Assembly (NCBI GenBank): GCA_964016885.1
Contig: OZ024765.1
Location: forward strand, 4,216,001-4,280,000
Direction of reading: 5' to 3'
Source: Eledone cirrhosa
Taxonomy: Eukaryota
DNA: 64,000 bases
Both the position numbers and the translations under genes were made by a program. A model generated the notes under the pieces. The model was not told where the DNA came from, did not search any database, and saw only the letters and a list, made by a program, of their open reading frames with translations. This document shows, in pieces, positions 1 to 14,737 of this stretch. Positions within the stretch are counted from its first letter, which is position 1; each line of letters begins with the position of its first letter.

Positions 1-600
1 ACCAGCCCAACCACAACACCACAAGCCCACAAAGCAGCCATAAAACCAATTTATAAACACACAAACCCACAAGACCACAAAGCCACAACACCATAAACCC
101 AGAAGCACACAAACCCAAAAGGACACAAGACCACAAACAAGCCAGCCCAACCAGCCCACAAACAAACAACAACACCACAAGCACACAAAGCAGCCACAAA
201 ACTAACCTGCCAGCCCACAAACCAGCCTATAAACCAACCAACAAAACGACAACACCATAAACCCAGAAGCACACAAGCCCACAGAGCAGCCATAAAACTA
301 ACTTACAAACACACAAACCCACAAGGCCACAAAACCACAAACAAGCCAGCCCACAAACAAACAAACCGATCAATACTACAAGCCCACAAAGCAGCCATAA
401 AACCAACTTACAAACACACAAACAAACCAACCAACCAACCAACAAAACCACAACACCATAATCCGAGAAGTACACAAGCCCATATACAAAGCAACCCAAC
501 CAGCCCACAAACAAACCGATCAACACCACAAAGACACAACGCTATAAACACACAAAGACACAACAACACAGACCTACAAATCAATAAACCTAGAAACCCA
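1..600. repeat. Degenerate A/C-rich low-complexity tandem repeat
   Basis: Recurring CAAGCCCACAAAGCAGCCATAAAACC and CCAGCCCACAAACAAAC words; almost no G/T on + strand. Confidence 0.8.
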
Positions 601-961
601 ACTAAAGAGCAGAGAAACTATAGACAGACAATATATTCATTGAAAGTCCATGATGAATTCAAAATTGAAATAAATTTCAAAATGTATTTAGAAGCTTCTA
701 GATAGCTTTCAAAATAATGAACACAATACTTATGAAGAGGAAATTATACTTCTGGCAAATCTGCATGCTGTGTAGTATTAATGTTTATTGGTTAAGTTTT
801 AGCGCTTGTTCGTGTGAAGTTTGAGAGATGTAACCTCACGAAACATCGTCTAATACCAATCTTTTCCTCTCCAAAGTCATTACTAATTTGAATTTATTTC
901 AGTATGAAATATGAAATATGTAAATATCTGACTCTTGTTGTATATTTAATAATATACACTC

Positions 962-2060
<1,099 letters not shown>

Positions 2061-2089
2061 TATTTGACACAAGCATGCATACACATGCA

Positions 2090-3935
2090 GACATACACAC
2101 ATACATCACAGTATGTCTGTCACACACACACCTCCACACACACATTCATCACAGTGTGTATGTCCCACACACACCACCACACACATTCATCAGAGTATAT
2201 CTGCCACACACACACACACCACCACACACATACATCACAGTATGTCTGTCACACACTCACACACACACATACATCACAGTATGTCTGTCACACACTCACA
2301 CACACACATACATCTCAGTATGTCTGCCACACACTCACACACACACATACATCACAGTATGACTGCCGCACACATGCAGACACACACACACATACATCAC
2401 AGTATATTTGTCACACACACACATACATCACAGTATGTCTGTCACACACAAACACAGACATACACACACATGCACACATACATTACAATATGTCTGCCAC
2501 ACACACACATACATCAACATATCTGCCACACACACACACACACACATACATACATACATCACAAAATGTCTGCCATACACTCACACACACATACATCACA
2601 GTATATCTGTCACATATACACCAACCCAACACACACACAGAGACACACACACCATCCCAACTCCACACACACAGACACACACACATACATCACTATATCT
2701 GTCACACATACACTACCCCGACACACCCACCACCCCAACAAACACACACACACAAACACAGACACACACATACCACAATACATCTGTCACACACAGACAC
2801 GCACATACCACAATACATCTGTCACACACAGGCACACACATACCACAATACATCTGTCACACACAGACACACACATACCACAATACATCTGTCCCACACA
2901 GACACACACACACATACCACAATACATCTGTCACACACAGACACACACATACCACAATACATCTGTTCCACACAGACACACACATACCACAATACATCTG
3001 TCCCACACAGACACACACATACCACAATACATCTGTCACACACACACACATACACCACAATACATCTGTCCCACACAGACACACACATACCACAATACAT
3101 CTGTCACACACAGACACACACATACCACAATACATCTGTCCCACACAGACACACACATACCACAATACATCTGTCCCACACAGACACACACACACCACAA
3201 TACATCTGTCACACACAGACACACACATACCACAATACATCTGTCCCACACAGACACACACACACATACCACAATACATCTGTCACACACACACACACAC
3301 ATACCACAATACATCTGTCACACACAGACACACACATACCACAATACATCTGTTCCACACAGACACACACATACCACAATACATCTGTCCCACACAGACA
3401 CACACATACCACAATACATCTGTCACACACACACACATACACCACAATACATCTGTCCCACACAGACCACAATACATCTGTCACACACAGACACACACAT
3501 ACCACAATACATCTGTCCCACACAGACACACACATACCACAATACATCTGTCCCACACAGACACACACACACCACAATACATCTGTCACACACATACCAC
3601 AATACATCTGTCCCACACAGACACACACACACATACCACAATACATCTGTCACACACAGACACACACATACCACAATACATCTGTTCCACACATACCACA
3701 ATACATCTGTCACACACAGACACACACATACCACAATACATCTGTCCCACACAGACACACACATACCACAATACATCTGTCCCACACAGACACACACACA
3801 CCACAATACATCTGTCACACACAGACACACACATACCACAATACATCTGTCCCACACAGACACACACATACCACAATACATCTGTCACACACAGACACAC
3901 ACATACCACAATACATCTGTCACACACACACACAT
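2090..3935. repeat. CA-derived ~35-bp minisatellite (CACACAGACACACACATACCACAATACATCTGTC)
   Basis: Regular 35-bp period from ~2760 to ~3920, more degenerate upstream; explains the His/Thr and Cys/Val ORFs. Confidence 0.9.
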
Positions 3936-4016
3936 ACACACATCAATATATATATATGCCACAGTTACAGAGAAATTCTATTCAGACAACTAATAAGCTA
4001 ATAATGGTTATATATA

Positions 4017-4071
<55 letters not shown>

Positions 4072-4289
4072 ATGTATATATATTGAAACTGAAGAACTAT
4101 AAAATATAGCAGAGTTCCTTGTCAACAACCAATTTATACATCATGCTACAATTATATACACCGTAAATTCTAATGTATACACTGATTTAAATATAGTCCA
4201 GTCTGCACCATTCCCCCTATGTTTTATGGCTGGGAAATGGGCAAAATCCCCAAACCCATGTATTATCCGAGGCAACTAATCAACACACT

Positions 4290-4440
4290 TATCATCATCA
4301 TCATTTTATGTCCATTGTTCCATGCTTGAATGGGTTGGACGGGTCCTTCTCAGACAGAATCTCTTCACTTTCTCATCTCCTCTGTGAGCTTTAGAGGTCT
4401 GAGATCAGATCTCACTGTTTCCATACAGGTCTTCTTGGTT
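4290..4440 (-). mobile_element. RTE-clade LINE 3' end fragment
   Basis: Minus strand reads ...[14 protein letters not shown]..., like the RTE ends at 23.8 kb and 35.2 kb, followed by a (GAT)n tail. Confidence 0.65.
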
Positions 4441-4474
4441 TTATATATGTATATTTGGTTTGTTATTTCCGTTT

Positions 4475-4512
<38 letters not shown>

Positions 4513-4646
4513 CCCCGGGTTGAGTCGGGGATAACCACAGTAAGTAATTTGGAGCAGGAACAAAGTATCAATATAACATCATCATATATATATATATATG
4601 TGTATATATATATATATACACACACACACTCACATATATATATAAG

Positions 4647-4704
<58 letters not shown>

Positions 4705-4735
4705 CATATAGGTACACACACATACATATATACAC

Positions 4736-4768
<33 letters not shown>

Positions 4769-4795
4769 TACACATACATATATATACATACATAC

Positions 4796-4840
<45 letters not shown>

Positions 4841-4891
4841 CATATATATATATATTCATACCCACACAAATATATACATATATATATACAT

Positions 4892-4930
<39 letters not shown>

Positions 4931-5377
4931 CGCACGCACACGCATACAGACATACATATATATATACATATATATACATATATACATACATATACATATA
5001 TATCCATATATAAAACACTGCTAGTGTAGAAACAACGACGATCAATACTTCTTCCAGCGTAGTTATTTTTTCCAAATCTTGTTTTTATGTCCGATCTGTT
5101 GATGATTATAGCTAGATTTCTAGAATATTCCATGGGGAGTTTATAGATTGGTAAAATGGAGTTTTTAATTTGCCAATGTTTTCGATGTAGGAATCTCCAG
5201 TAGCTTGAAAGATGAAATGATGTTTCCTGAAGCATGGTTTGCACTCAAGATCAATATGATATCATCTCCCAGTCAATACCAGAGCATGCTTTTCGTATTT
5301 AACAACTTACTTACTTACTACCTCATAAGATGAAGTAATATCAGTTTTCTTTGATGGTTTTTATTCTATTGTGTGGG

Positions 5378-6320
5378 AAGGTGTGTTGTTTTGTGGTTCG
5401 CGACTTGGATTTGTAATTGTGAGGTTGTGAGTTTGATTTCAGGACTGGGTAATAAGCACTGGCTTAATCCTGGGGAAGACTAGCATCCTATCCAGGGGAA
5501 GACTTGTGCTCTCAGGAAGCCGGGGATAATCACCGGCCTGCTGGGAAGTTAATCCTCTGAAAGACCAGCATCCTATCCAGGGGAAGACTTGTGCTCTCAG
5601 GAAGCCGGGGGTAAGCACTGGCCTGCTGGGAAGTTAATCCTCTGAAAGACCAGCATCCTATCCAGGGGAAGACTTGTGCTCTCAGGAAGCCGGGGGTAAG
5701 CACTGGCCTGCTGGGAAGTTAATCCTGGGGAAGACCAGCATCCTATCCAGGGGAAGACTTGTGCTCTCAGGAAGCCGGGGATAAGCACTGGCCTGCTGGG
5801 AAGTTAATCCTCTGAAAGACCAGCATCCTATCCAGGGGAAGACTTGTGCTCTCAGGAAGCCGGGGGTAAGCACTGGCCTGCTGGGAAGTTAATCCTCTGA
5901 AAGACCAGCATCCTATCCAGGGGAAGACTTGTGCTCTCAGGAAGCCGGGGGTAAGCACTGGCCTGCTGGGAAGTTAATCCTGTGAAAGACCAGCATCCTA
6001 TCCAGGGGAAGACTTGTGCTCTCAGGAAGCCGGGGATAAGCACTGGCCTGCTGGGAAGTTAATCCTGGGGAAGACCAGCATCCTATCCAGGGGAAGACTT
6101 GTGCTCTCAGGAAGCCGGGGATAAGCACTGGCCTGCTGGGAAGTTAATCCTCTGAAAGACCAGCATCCTATCCAGGGGAAGACTTGTGCTCTCAGGAAGC
6201 CGGGGATAAGCACTGGCCTGCTGGGAAGTTAATCCTGGGGAAGACCAGCATCCTATCCAGGGGAAGACTTGTGCTCTCAGGAAACTGGGCAATAATCACC
6301 GGCCTGCTGGGGAGTTAACC
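5378..6320 (+). repeat. Decayed tRNA-SINE head followed by ~10 copies of an 85-bp unit
   Basis: 85-bp period (...AAGACCAGCATCCTATCCAGGGGAAGACTTGTGCTCTCAGGAAGCC...); the unit resembles the SINE body at 20670-20730 (-). Confidence 0.85.
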
Positions 6321-6384
6321 TTGTGATTTATTACATTATGGTTTACTAAGCAAAATCACTATATTTTTCTTGGTGCTACACTTG

Positions 6385-6413
<29 letters not shown>

Positions 6414-6423
<10 letters not shown>

Positions 6424-6650
6424 CGTAAAATAAGAAAATTTTAAAGAATTTAAAAAAATTAACTTACTTACTAAATTTAGTAAGTAAGTTAATTTTTTTA
6501 AATTCTTTAAAATTTTCTTATTTTACGTCTTTTATATTATTGTTCTGCATCCTCCTGCATTGAACCACCTAGGTACTATGACATAACCTGTGTATTTGCT
6601 GGCATTAGCATACATCTGTACGCATATGTTAGTAGATATACTAAATTCTA
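6414..6650. mobile_element. Fold-back insertion in (TA)n: ~120-bp perfect palindrome plus one-sided tail
   Basis: AAAAGACGTAAAATAAG...CTAAA|TTTAG...CTTATTTTACGTCTTTT centred at 6475/6476; flanked by (TA)n. Confidence 0.75.
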
Positions 6651-7144
6651 TATATATATATGCACACATAAGCAGAACGAAAGAGGGAGAGAGAGAAGAA
6701 CAATGGGCAATGTGTAGAGAGGGAAGATCTCTATTTAATGAAGAAGAAAGCGATCCCGCCACATTCCCATGTACCGCTCACCAACAAATCCAGCTCTACC
6801 TACACTAACACCAAAACCTACTTCTCCAAACCTTCATCAACTACGAAATACTGATTGTTTGTCTTTCCCCACATTGTGTTTTTATTGACCAAGTAGAAGA
6901 TAAGCTGAAAGATTCAGAGTAGATATTCTCTTCTAGGCTGTTTCGATGTTGAGGGAAAAACACATCAAACCATGTAATCTTTGCACAAAAGAGTGCTCTT
7001 CAAAAACTTTAGTAAATCAATGAATTTTTTTTTTTATCCTTCTCTGTTCTCCTGAATGGAAAACAAAAAAAAATATCTGTCGATGACTAAAGAAAGATAC
7101 TTGTCTGGCTCTTGGCAGTCTCTCATAATTGTGTGGAGTTTATA

Positions 7145-7168
7145 TGCATATATATGTGTGTGTGTGTG

Positions 7169-7236
<68 letters not shown>

Positions 7237-7252
7237 GTATATATGTATATGT

Positions 7253-7284
<32 letters not shown>

Positions 7285-7329
7285 GCATATATATATATAT
7301 ATATATAAGTGCAGTATATATGTATATGT

Positions 7330-7363
<34 letters not shown>

Positions 7364-7387
7364 GCATATATATATATATGTATATGT

Positions 7388-7478
<91 letters not shown>

Positions 7479-7501
7479 TATATATATATATATGTATATG
7501 T

Positions 7502-7537
<36 letters not shown>

Positions 7538-7550
7538 GCATATATATATA

Positions 7551-7604
<54 letters not shown>

Positions 7605-7612
7605 TATATATA

Positions 7613-7664
<52 letters not shown>

Positions 7665-7683
7665 TATATATATATATATATGT

Positions 7684-7714
<31 letters not shown>

Positions 7715-7790
7715 AATATATATATATATATGTGTATGTATATATGTGTATATATATATATGTATATATATGTATAAATATATATATATA
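7145..7790. repeat. (TA)n-based compound microsatellite
   Basis: TA runs punctuated by GCA and CACACA. Confidence 0.95.
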
Positions 7791-8266
7791 TCATCATCAT
7801 CATCATCACCGTTTTACGTCCGTTCTTCCACGCTAGCATGGGTTAGATGGGTTGTCCTGTTGTGGGCAGTGTCCGGTCGGCTGACCTTGTTTTGCTCATA
7901 CGAGAACTGATTCTGGCTTGATTTCTACAGCTGGATGCCCTTCCTAACACCAACCTCATTTACAGTGTGAGCTGGGTGCTTTTTTGCCATGGCACCTCCA
8001 CGGCCACTTTGCAGTGGGAGGGTGTGGGGGCATATTGTCTATATGCTTCAGTTTCGGCTTGTACCTGGGGGCGTCGGGTATTCTGTATTTACTGCGTGGC
8101 GCCAGAGGTCACGATCGTGTGTCATCGCCTTTGAGAGGTGTAATTGGGTAAGGTCGGCTTTTATCACCTCATGCCAGGTCTTTTGGGGTCTCCCCACTCC
8201 GCAGCTTCCATCGACTTCTAGTGCTCTGCACTTTTTTATGCAGCTGCCATCCGTCATACGCATCAC
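7790..8266 (-). mobile_element. RTE LINE 3' end fused to a SINE-like 3' region with (GAT)n tail
   Basis: VMRMTDGSCIKKCRALEVDGSCGVGRPQKTWHEVIKADL...DRDLWRHAV; closely similar to 60160-60670. Confidence 0.85.
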
Positions 8267-8730
8267 CTCAGGTGCCGGTAGAAATTCCTTCCTCTGCCCC
8301 AAATGCAAACAATGGGTGCACAAGAGATGTAGAGGGATCTCAGGAAGACTAGCTAAGAATGTAGGCTTCACATGTAGCAGCTGTGCTGGGACAGCAAGCA
8401 GCAAACAGCTACAGGAAACAAGCACAACCAAATTCTGGGAGGGCTCTGTAGAAACAGTAGACAGCTTCTGCTACCTAGGTGACCGAATTAGCAGAGGATG
8501 TGGGTGTTCTGAAAGTACAATAACCAGGGTAAGAATGGGATGGAAGAAGTTCAGGGAGCTACTACCACTGCTAGCTGCAAAAGGTTTTTCCCCCAAAATG
8601 AAAGGCAGACTGTATGATGCGTGTATACGAACAGCAATGTTATATGGTAGTGGGACCTGGGCGTTGTATGTAGAAGACTTACGTAGATTAGAAAGAAACA
8701 AAGCTTGCATGCTCCGATGTATGTGTAATA
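8267..8730 (+). mobile_element. Inverted upstream segment of the same RTE LINE (RT C-terminal region with PHD-like finger)
   Basis: CPKCKQWVHKRC...CSSC, then FCYLGDRI...RVRMGWKKFRELLPLL...LYGSGTW, typical RTE ORF motifs. Confidence 0.85.
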
Positions 8731-8900
8731 GTTGCATGAATTACATTATGGATTGCATGGAAGAACCGTTGAAATAATTATTATGAATAAACGATTTATG
8801 TAACATCAGTATCTTTATTAATGTTATTATATATACATATATACATACATACTTATATATAGTCCAACCCTTTCTAGCAGGGAAAGCAGATGTTAAGACA

Positions 8901-8951
<51 letters not shown>

Positions 8952-9332
8952 CATATACACATACATATACATACATGCATATGGACACATACATGCATAT
9001 GGACACAAACACACATCTATTTATAACTTTATATGTGAGTGTATTTAATTTCTTCTACTAAACAATTGTCTTCTGAGATCAAATAATTGTTACCCTGAAT
9101 CAGCAGCAGATCAAAGCAAATGTATTGAACTCTATGGAGACAATACACAGAGAACTTCTGAATAAGGAAATTTTATTCTGGAAATTTCATTGAATAATTT
9201 CATTTGTGTCTGAGGAAGATTTCCCCAGTGAAAATATTTGTTGTATGTAAATTGTATCGACTATGAATTGTAGTTTTTCAAATATCTCAAGATATGTAGA
9301 GTTTATGTTGTTATTATTATTATTATTATTTT

Positions 9333-9850
9333 AGGGCGGTGGATTGGCAGTATCGGTAGAAGGTCAGACGCCAGGGCGGTGGATTGGTAGTATCGGTAGA
9401 GGGTCGGATGCCAGGGCGGTGGATTGGTAGTATCGGTAGAGGGTCGGACGCCAGGGCGGTGGATTGGCAGTATCGGTAGAGGGTCGGACGCCAGGGCGGT
9501 GGATTGGCAGTATCGGTAGAGGGTCGGACGCCAGGGCGGTGGATTGGTAGTATCGGTAGAGGGTCGGACGCCAGGGCGGTGGATTGGTAGTATCGGTAGA
9601 GGGTCGGATGCCAGGGCGGTGGATTGGTAGTATCGGTAGAGGGTCGGATGCCAGGGCGGTGGATTGGTAGTATCGGTAGAGGGTCGGACGCCAGGGCGGT
9701 GGATTGGTAGTATCGGTAGAGGGTCGGACGCCAGGGCGGTGGATTGGCAGTATCGGTAGAGGGTCGGACGCCAGGGCGGTGGATTGGCAGTATCGGTAGA
9801 GGGTCGGACGCCAGGGCGGTGGATTGGTAGTATCGGTAGAGGGTCGACGC
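9333..9850 (+). repeat. ~13 x 40-bp tandem repeat of a SINE 5' head
   Basis: Unit AGGGCGGTGGATTGGYAGTATCGGTAGAGGGTCGGAYGCC equals the first 40 nt of the SINE at 51946 and runs directly into a full copy. Confidence 0.9.
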
Positions 9851-10042
9851 CATGCTTTCCAGCATAGTTACGACCCTTTACGATCTGAGTTCAAATCCCG
9901 CCGAGGTTGACTTTGCCTTTCATCCTTACGGGGTCGATAAAATAAAGTACCAGTCACGCACTGGGGTCAATTTAATCGACTTTCCCTTCCCCCAAATTAC
10001 TGGCCTTGTGCCTATATAAGAAACCATTATTATTATTATTAT
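9813..10042 (+). mobile_element. tRNA-derived SINE with Nin/Deu-like central domain and (ATT)n tail (family B)
   Basis: A-box-like TGGTAGTATCGGTAGAG, B-box-like GAGTTCAAATCC, and GCCTTTCATCCTTACGGGGTCGATAAAAT (Nin/Deu-like from memory); many copies in the window. Confidence 0.8.
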
Positions 10043-10044
10043 TA

Positions 10045-10420
10045 GGGCGGTGGATTGGCAGTATCTGTAAAGTGTTGGACATTATGCTTATGTTCTGAGT
10101 TCAAATCCCGTCGAGGTCGATAAATAAAGCAACAGTAATGTACTGGGGGTTGATTTAATTACCCCCCCCCCCCTCAAATTGCTGGCCTTGTGCCTAAAGT
10201 AGAAACAATTACTATTATGTGGTAGATTGGCAGAATTGGTAGAGTGTCAGACAACATGATTTGAATGAAACCCGTGAGATGGATATAAGTCCAACCTCCT
10301 TACCACTGGAGCAACATGAAAGTGTTTTGTTCAAGAACACAACACACAACCCAGTCCAGGAATCAAACACATGACATTATAATCGTAAGTCCAACACCCT
10401 TACCACTAGGCCATGTTCCC
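10045..10420. mobile_element. Truncated family B SINE (+) and a second tRNA-SINE fragment (-)
   Basis: GAGTTCAAATCCCG...GGCCTTGTGCCTAAAGTAGAAAC; 10305-10415 matches 20763-20875 and the reverse complement of 43535-43630. Confidence 0.65.
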
Positions 10421-11068
10421 CTACAACACTGCTGCCAATTTATCCTAAATACCAACATACTATTGAAAATTCTAATTATTTTAAAGTAAATCCTTTCAAA
10501 TTTTGAGTTTTTTTAAATTCTGATTGTTGCTATTTCTGGTTCTAGGATATAGAAATTCATTTATTTTCATGTATTCAATATTTAACTTTAAAATATTACA
10601 GCATAATTTCATTTTATAAGCTCTTTTCTCTTCTTTTTTTTCGGGGGGGGGGGGGGGGAGTTGGGGCAGGGGTCATGGTGGTGCTGGTGCGGATTAACGA
10701 ACTTAATGAAAAATGTTACTTGCTTTTAACTGAATCCCTCCAAATTCTTCATTATTTTCAAAAAATCCTGCCTATGGCTACCTTTAATTTCTATGATACA
10801 AAACATCGTTAAGTGTTCAGGATTCAAACAAAAATATTCCATTTATAATTTTCTGTAATAAACTATTTATTTTTAATTAATTATATTCTAAATAGTTACT
10901 GAATAATGAAATAAAAAGAAAAGTTCGTTATTTTTACTAAATTAAATGCAGCACGTAGGCAATGTATTTCATTAAAAATATGGACATGAATGAGTAAAAG
11001 CATATTAAAGCAGACAATAGCAGAAAAAGGTCATAGGGTGATTTGTTTCATCATCTAAATCATATTTT

Positions 11069-11317
11069 ACCCTTTTGATACCAAACCACCTGACACTGAC
11101 CTAGGTTCCATCATACAAGACTGTTTCTTTTGCTGATTGTATTTATCTAAAAACCTTCCATTATAATTTTATGTAAGAATATTTGTAATGTTCCAAACAC
11201 CAGCTTATTAATAAGAAAGTTAGTTATATTATTAAATTTTTCCAAATTCTTGATTATTTTCAAAATTATTTGAAAATCATAGACTGTCTTTTCTTAGAAA
11301 TATGGTAACAAAAGGGT
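11069..11317. mobile_element. AT-rich MITE with CCCTTTTG..ACCA terminal inverted repeats (piggyBac-like ends)
   Basis: CCCTTTTGATACCA ... TGGTAACAAAAGGG; decayed copies at 11.75-12.2, 12.55-12.7, 13.3-13.4, 37.2-38.07 and 50.5-51.4 kb. Confidence 0.6.
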
Positions 11318-11362
11318 CCCCTTTCCGTTTTTTCTTTTTCTCTTTTTTCTTTATATTTTCCT

Positions 11363-11460
11363 ACTAGCTGAGGTACCCGGCTTCGCCCAGGAGAATAGTT
11401 AATAGCAGACAGATAAAAGAGAAAACGACTGTATTGGATGTTATCTGGTATGAGGTGAGC
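11363..11460 (-). mobile_element. Helitron-like 3' end
   Basis: Minus strand CCTGGGCGAAGCCGGGTACCTCAGCTAGT (GC-rich hairpin plus CTAG); second copy at 31029-31130. Confidence 0.6.
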
Positions 11461-12224
11461 CTTGTGGCTAAATCAGAAACCTTTATTATAGTCACGTGCA
11501 TTGGAATGACTACATTTCAAATTACCTCCCAAATCTTCATAAATCAACATGGATGTTCATGTTATACCAAACTTGATTTATTAGTTTTGATATTACTTCC
11601 ATCACCGCACTTTACTAAAATAAAGTACCAGTAATGCACTGGGGTCTATTTAATTGACTTTCCCTTACATTTCAAATTGCTGGCCCTGTGCCTAAAATAG
11701 AAACAATATTTGATAAGATAAATTACATCAGAACTGGGTATATTTTATATATTTTATGGAAGTTAGTTATATCACTAAATCTTCCCAAATTCTTGATTAT
11801 TTTCAAAATGCATTCATAATTACAAACACGGAAGATAAATAAATATGAAGAGAAAGATGAAAGAAAATTAAATAATGAGGAACTGAAGAAGGGGTAAAAC
11901 CATAAATATTGTCTTTCATTAGAAATGTGGTAATGAAAGGATTAAATGTTCATATTTATTTAAAGACTTTCCATCATAAATTTATGTGAAATCACTTTGT
12001 TATATTCCTATTTTAAATTATATTTCAAACACCAGTTTAATAATGAAAGAGTTAATTATATTACTAAACCCCTCTAAAAACTTGATTATTTTCAAAATAA
12101 TTAGAAAACCATTCAAAATAATTAGAAAACCATTAAAAATAATTAGAAAAACATTAAAGTTATAGTAATGAAATGGTTAGAATGTTTATATATTTTTAAA
12201 AAGCTTCCATCATAATTTATCATA

Positions 12225-12485
12225 AGAACTTTTACTCTAAAAATGAAAGGCAGATTGTATGATGCCTGTATACGAACAACAATATTACATGGAAGTGAGA
12301 CATGGCATTGTGTGCAGAGGACCTGCGTAGACTGGAAAGGAATGAAGCATGCATGCTCCATTGGATGTGTAATATGCGAACGGCAAAACATAAATGAACT
12401 AAGTGAGAAATTAGGAATAAAAGGGATCAGATACTGTTTACTTGACAGAAGACTACGTTGGTATGGTCTCGTGATGCGTATGATT
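12225..12485 (+). mobile_element. Decayed RTE LINE fragment
   Basis: MKGRLYDACIRTTILHGSETW...LGIKGIRYCLLDRRLRWYGLVMRM. Confidence 0.8.
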
Positions 12486-12704
12486 TCATACAACACACAA
12501 TTTCATATCAAAAACCTTGCAAAACAAATTCATCACTGTAAGTATTTATATTTATTTATCTAAAAACCTGCCATCATAATTTTATGTAAGAACATTTATT
12601 AAGTTATGTTCCAAACGTCAGCTTAGTAATGTAAGAACTTTTGTTAAGTTATGTTCCAAACACCAGCATAATAATGAGAAAGTTATTTATATTACTATAG
12701 TAAA

Positions 12705-13320
12705 GCCCCCAGCCAACACTGTAAAGTGGTCATGTAGGTGACACGACAAAAACCACCCAACCCACACTGTAAAGTGGTCGTATAGGTGTCATGACAAAAA
12801 CCACCCAGCCTACATTGTAAAGTGGTCGTGTAGGTGACATGACAAAAACCACCCAACCGACATTGTAAAGTGGTCGTATAGGTGTCATGACAAAAAACAC
12901 CCAGCCTACATTATAAAGTGGTCGTGTAGGTGACATGACAAAAAAACATCCAGCCCACACTATAAAGTGGTCATGTAGGCGTCATGACAAAAGGACCCAG
13001 TACACACTGTAAAGTGGTCATGTAGGTGTCGCAACAAAAAGGACCCAGTCCACACTGTTAAGTGGTTGTGATGGTGACATGACAAACAACACCCAGCCCA
13101 CACTGTAAGGTGGTCGTGTAGGTGTCATGACAAAAAAAGCATCCAGTACTCACTGTAAATGAGGTTGGTGTTAGGAAGGACATCCAGCTGTAGAAATTAA
13201 GCCAAAATCAGTTCTGTATGTGCAAATCATGGTCACCTGACCTAGCATTGCCCATAACAGGACAACCTGTCTAACCCATGCTAGCGTGGAAGAATGGACA
13301 TAAAACAGTGATGATGATGA
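12705..13320 (+). repeat. ~9 x 48-49-bp array ending in a V-domain-like SINE 3' end (family A)
   Basis: CCCAGCCCACACTGTAAAGTGGTCGTGTAGGTG units, then GTTGGTGTTAGGAAGGACATCCAGCTGTAGAA and the tail CCCATGCTAGCGTGGAAG..(GAT)n. Confidence 0.85.
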
Positions 13321-13437
13321 AAGTCCTCCTAATTCCTGATTATTTTCAAAATAATTAGAAAATCACAAGCAGTGTCTTTCAGTAGTAAAATGGTAACAAA
13401 AGTAGGAATAATAGAATTATGAAAAAAAAGCTCATTA

Positions 13438-13759
13438 TCTATATATCTGAAACAGAGAATGTCTGTCTGTCTGTCTGCCTGACTCACTAAAACTCGAGAA
13501 CCACCCAACCGATTGTTTTCAAACTTTACACGTGTAATACTTATGGTCCTGTGAGTGTTTTGAGCAAAACATATTTCAAAATTTCAATGCCCTAGGGACC
13601 GCATTAGGCGATTTAGCGATCTCTTTCTATAATTCTTAGTCTTTCTTTTTAGATAGATACATAGATATAACGTTGCGCCCTTATAATATCTGTCTGTATG
13701 TCTGGCTGTCGACATTATGACGCTATATATGAGTGTGTGTGTGTATATATGTATATATA

Positions 13760-13791
<32 letters not shown>

Positions 13792-13965
13792 CGTCCAAAC
13801 CCATGCAAGCGTGGAAGATGGACGTTAAACGATGATGATGATGATATGTAGTGTGTAATGTTTTTCGAAATATTTACTTCTGCGTTGACAGATTGATTTT
13901 TTTAGTTTCAGAAGATCCCATTAAGGGTGAAAGCAGCGATTCTTTGCTTAAACTTTAATCTGTTA

Positions 13966-14001
<36 letters not shown>

Positions 14002-14148
14002 TTTATTCGTGTACAGATATTTTTGCATACACAATAACAAAATATAAACAAACGCATTCATTTCACGAGGCTTGATAAGGATAAATATATATCAAATATA
14101 TAAGAACCCTAGAGCAAATCCCAAGCAACGCCAGGCCATTCTGCTAGT
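13438..14148 (+). mobile_element. Non-autonomous Helitron-like element with nested insertions
   Basis: 5' TCTATATATCTG..(GTCT)n..CAACCGATT and 3' CCCAAGCAACGCCAGGCCATTCTGCTAGT. Confidence 0.55.
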
Positions 14149-14737
14149 TTTTACTAAATTAATTGCAACACAGAGACAATGTATCGGATTATAAATATGG
14201 CCATGAAAGAGTAGAGCAGATAAAATAAAAGAAGGTCAAATAATTACTTGCTCCATCATCTAAATCATATTTAACGATCTAATTCAGTCTTAATTAATGG
14301 GAGATTAATGAGAAGAGCAGAGAAGTATTTGAGTCTTGGGTTTTTGTATCTGCGAAACTCTGTGTTAATGTAGAAATTAAGAGAGGAAATGTGGCTTGTT
14401 TGAGAAACATGGCTTCCTTAACATGGCTTCCTTAATAGCAAGTAGGTAGATGTTGTACTGTGACTGGTGGTGGAGGGAAGGGTGGATATGGTGGTGGTGT
14501 TATTGGTGGTGATAATATTGGTTGTGGTGGTGGTGGTGGGGGTATGTTGATGATGGCGTTGGTGGTGATGGTTATGGCAGGAGGTTGTGGTGGTGATGGT
14601 GATCATGGAGTGATGCTGGGGGGGGGGGGGGGGGGAGAGACAGGTCAAGGGACTAATTCTTGCTGACATTCTTTGCTTGGAGCTTGGTTTCTAAAGCTGG
14701 ATGCCCTTCCTAACACCAACCACTCTACAGTGTGTAC

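Noticed and set aside
5005-5300. Possible PLE or other retroelement coding remnant (SILPIYKL...)
   Set aside because: Resemblance is too slight to call without a profile search.
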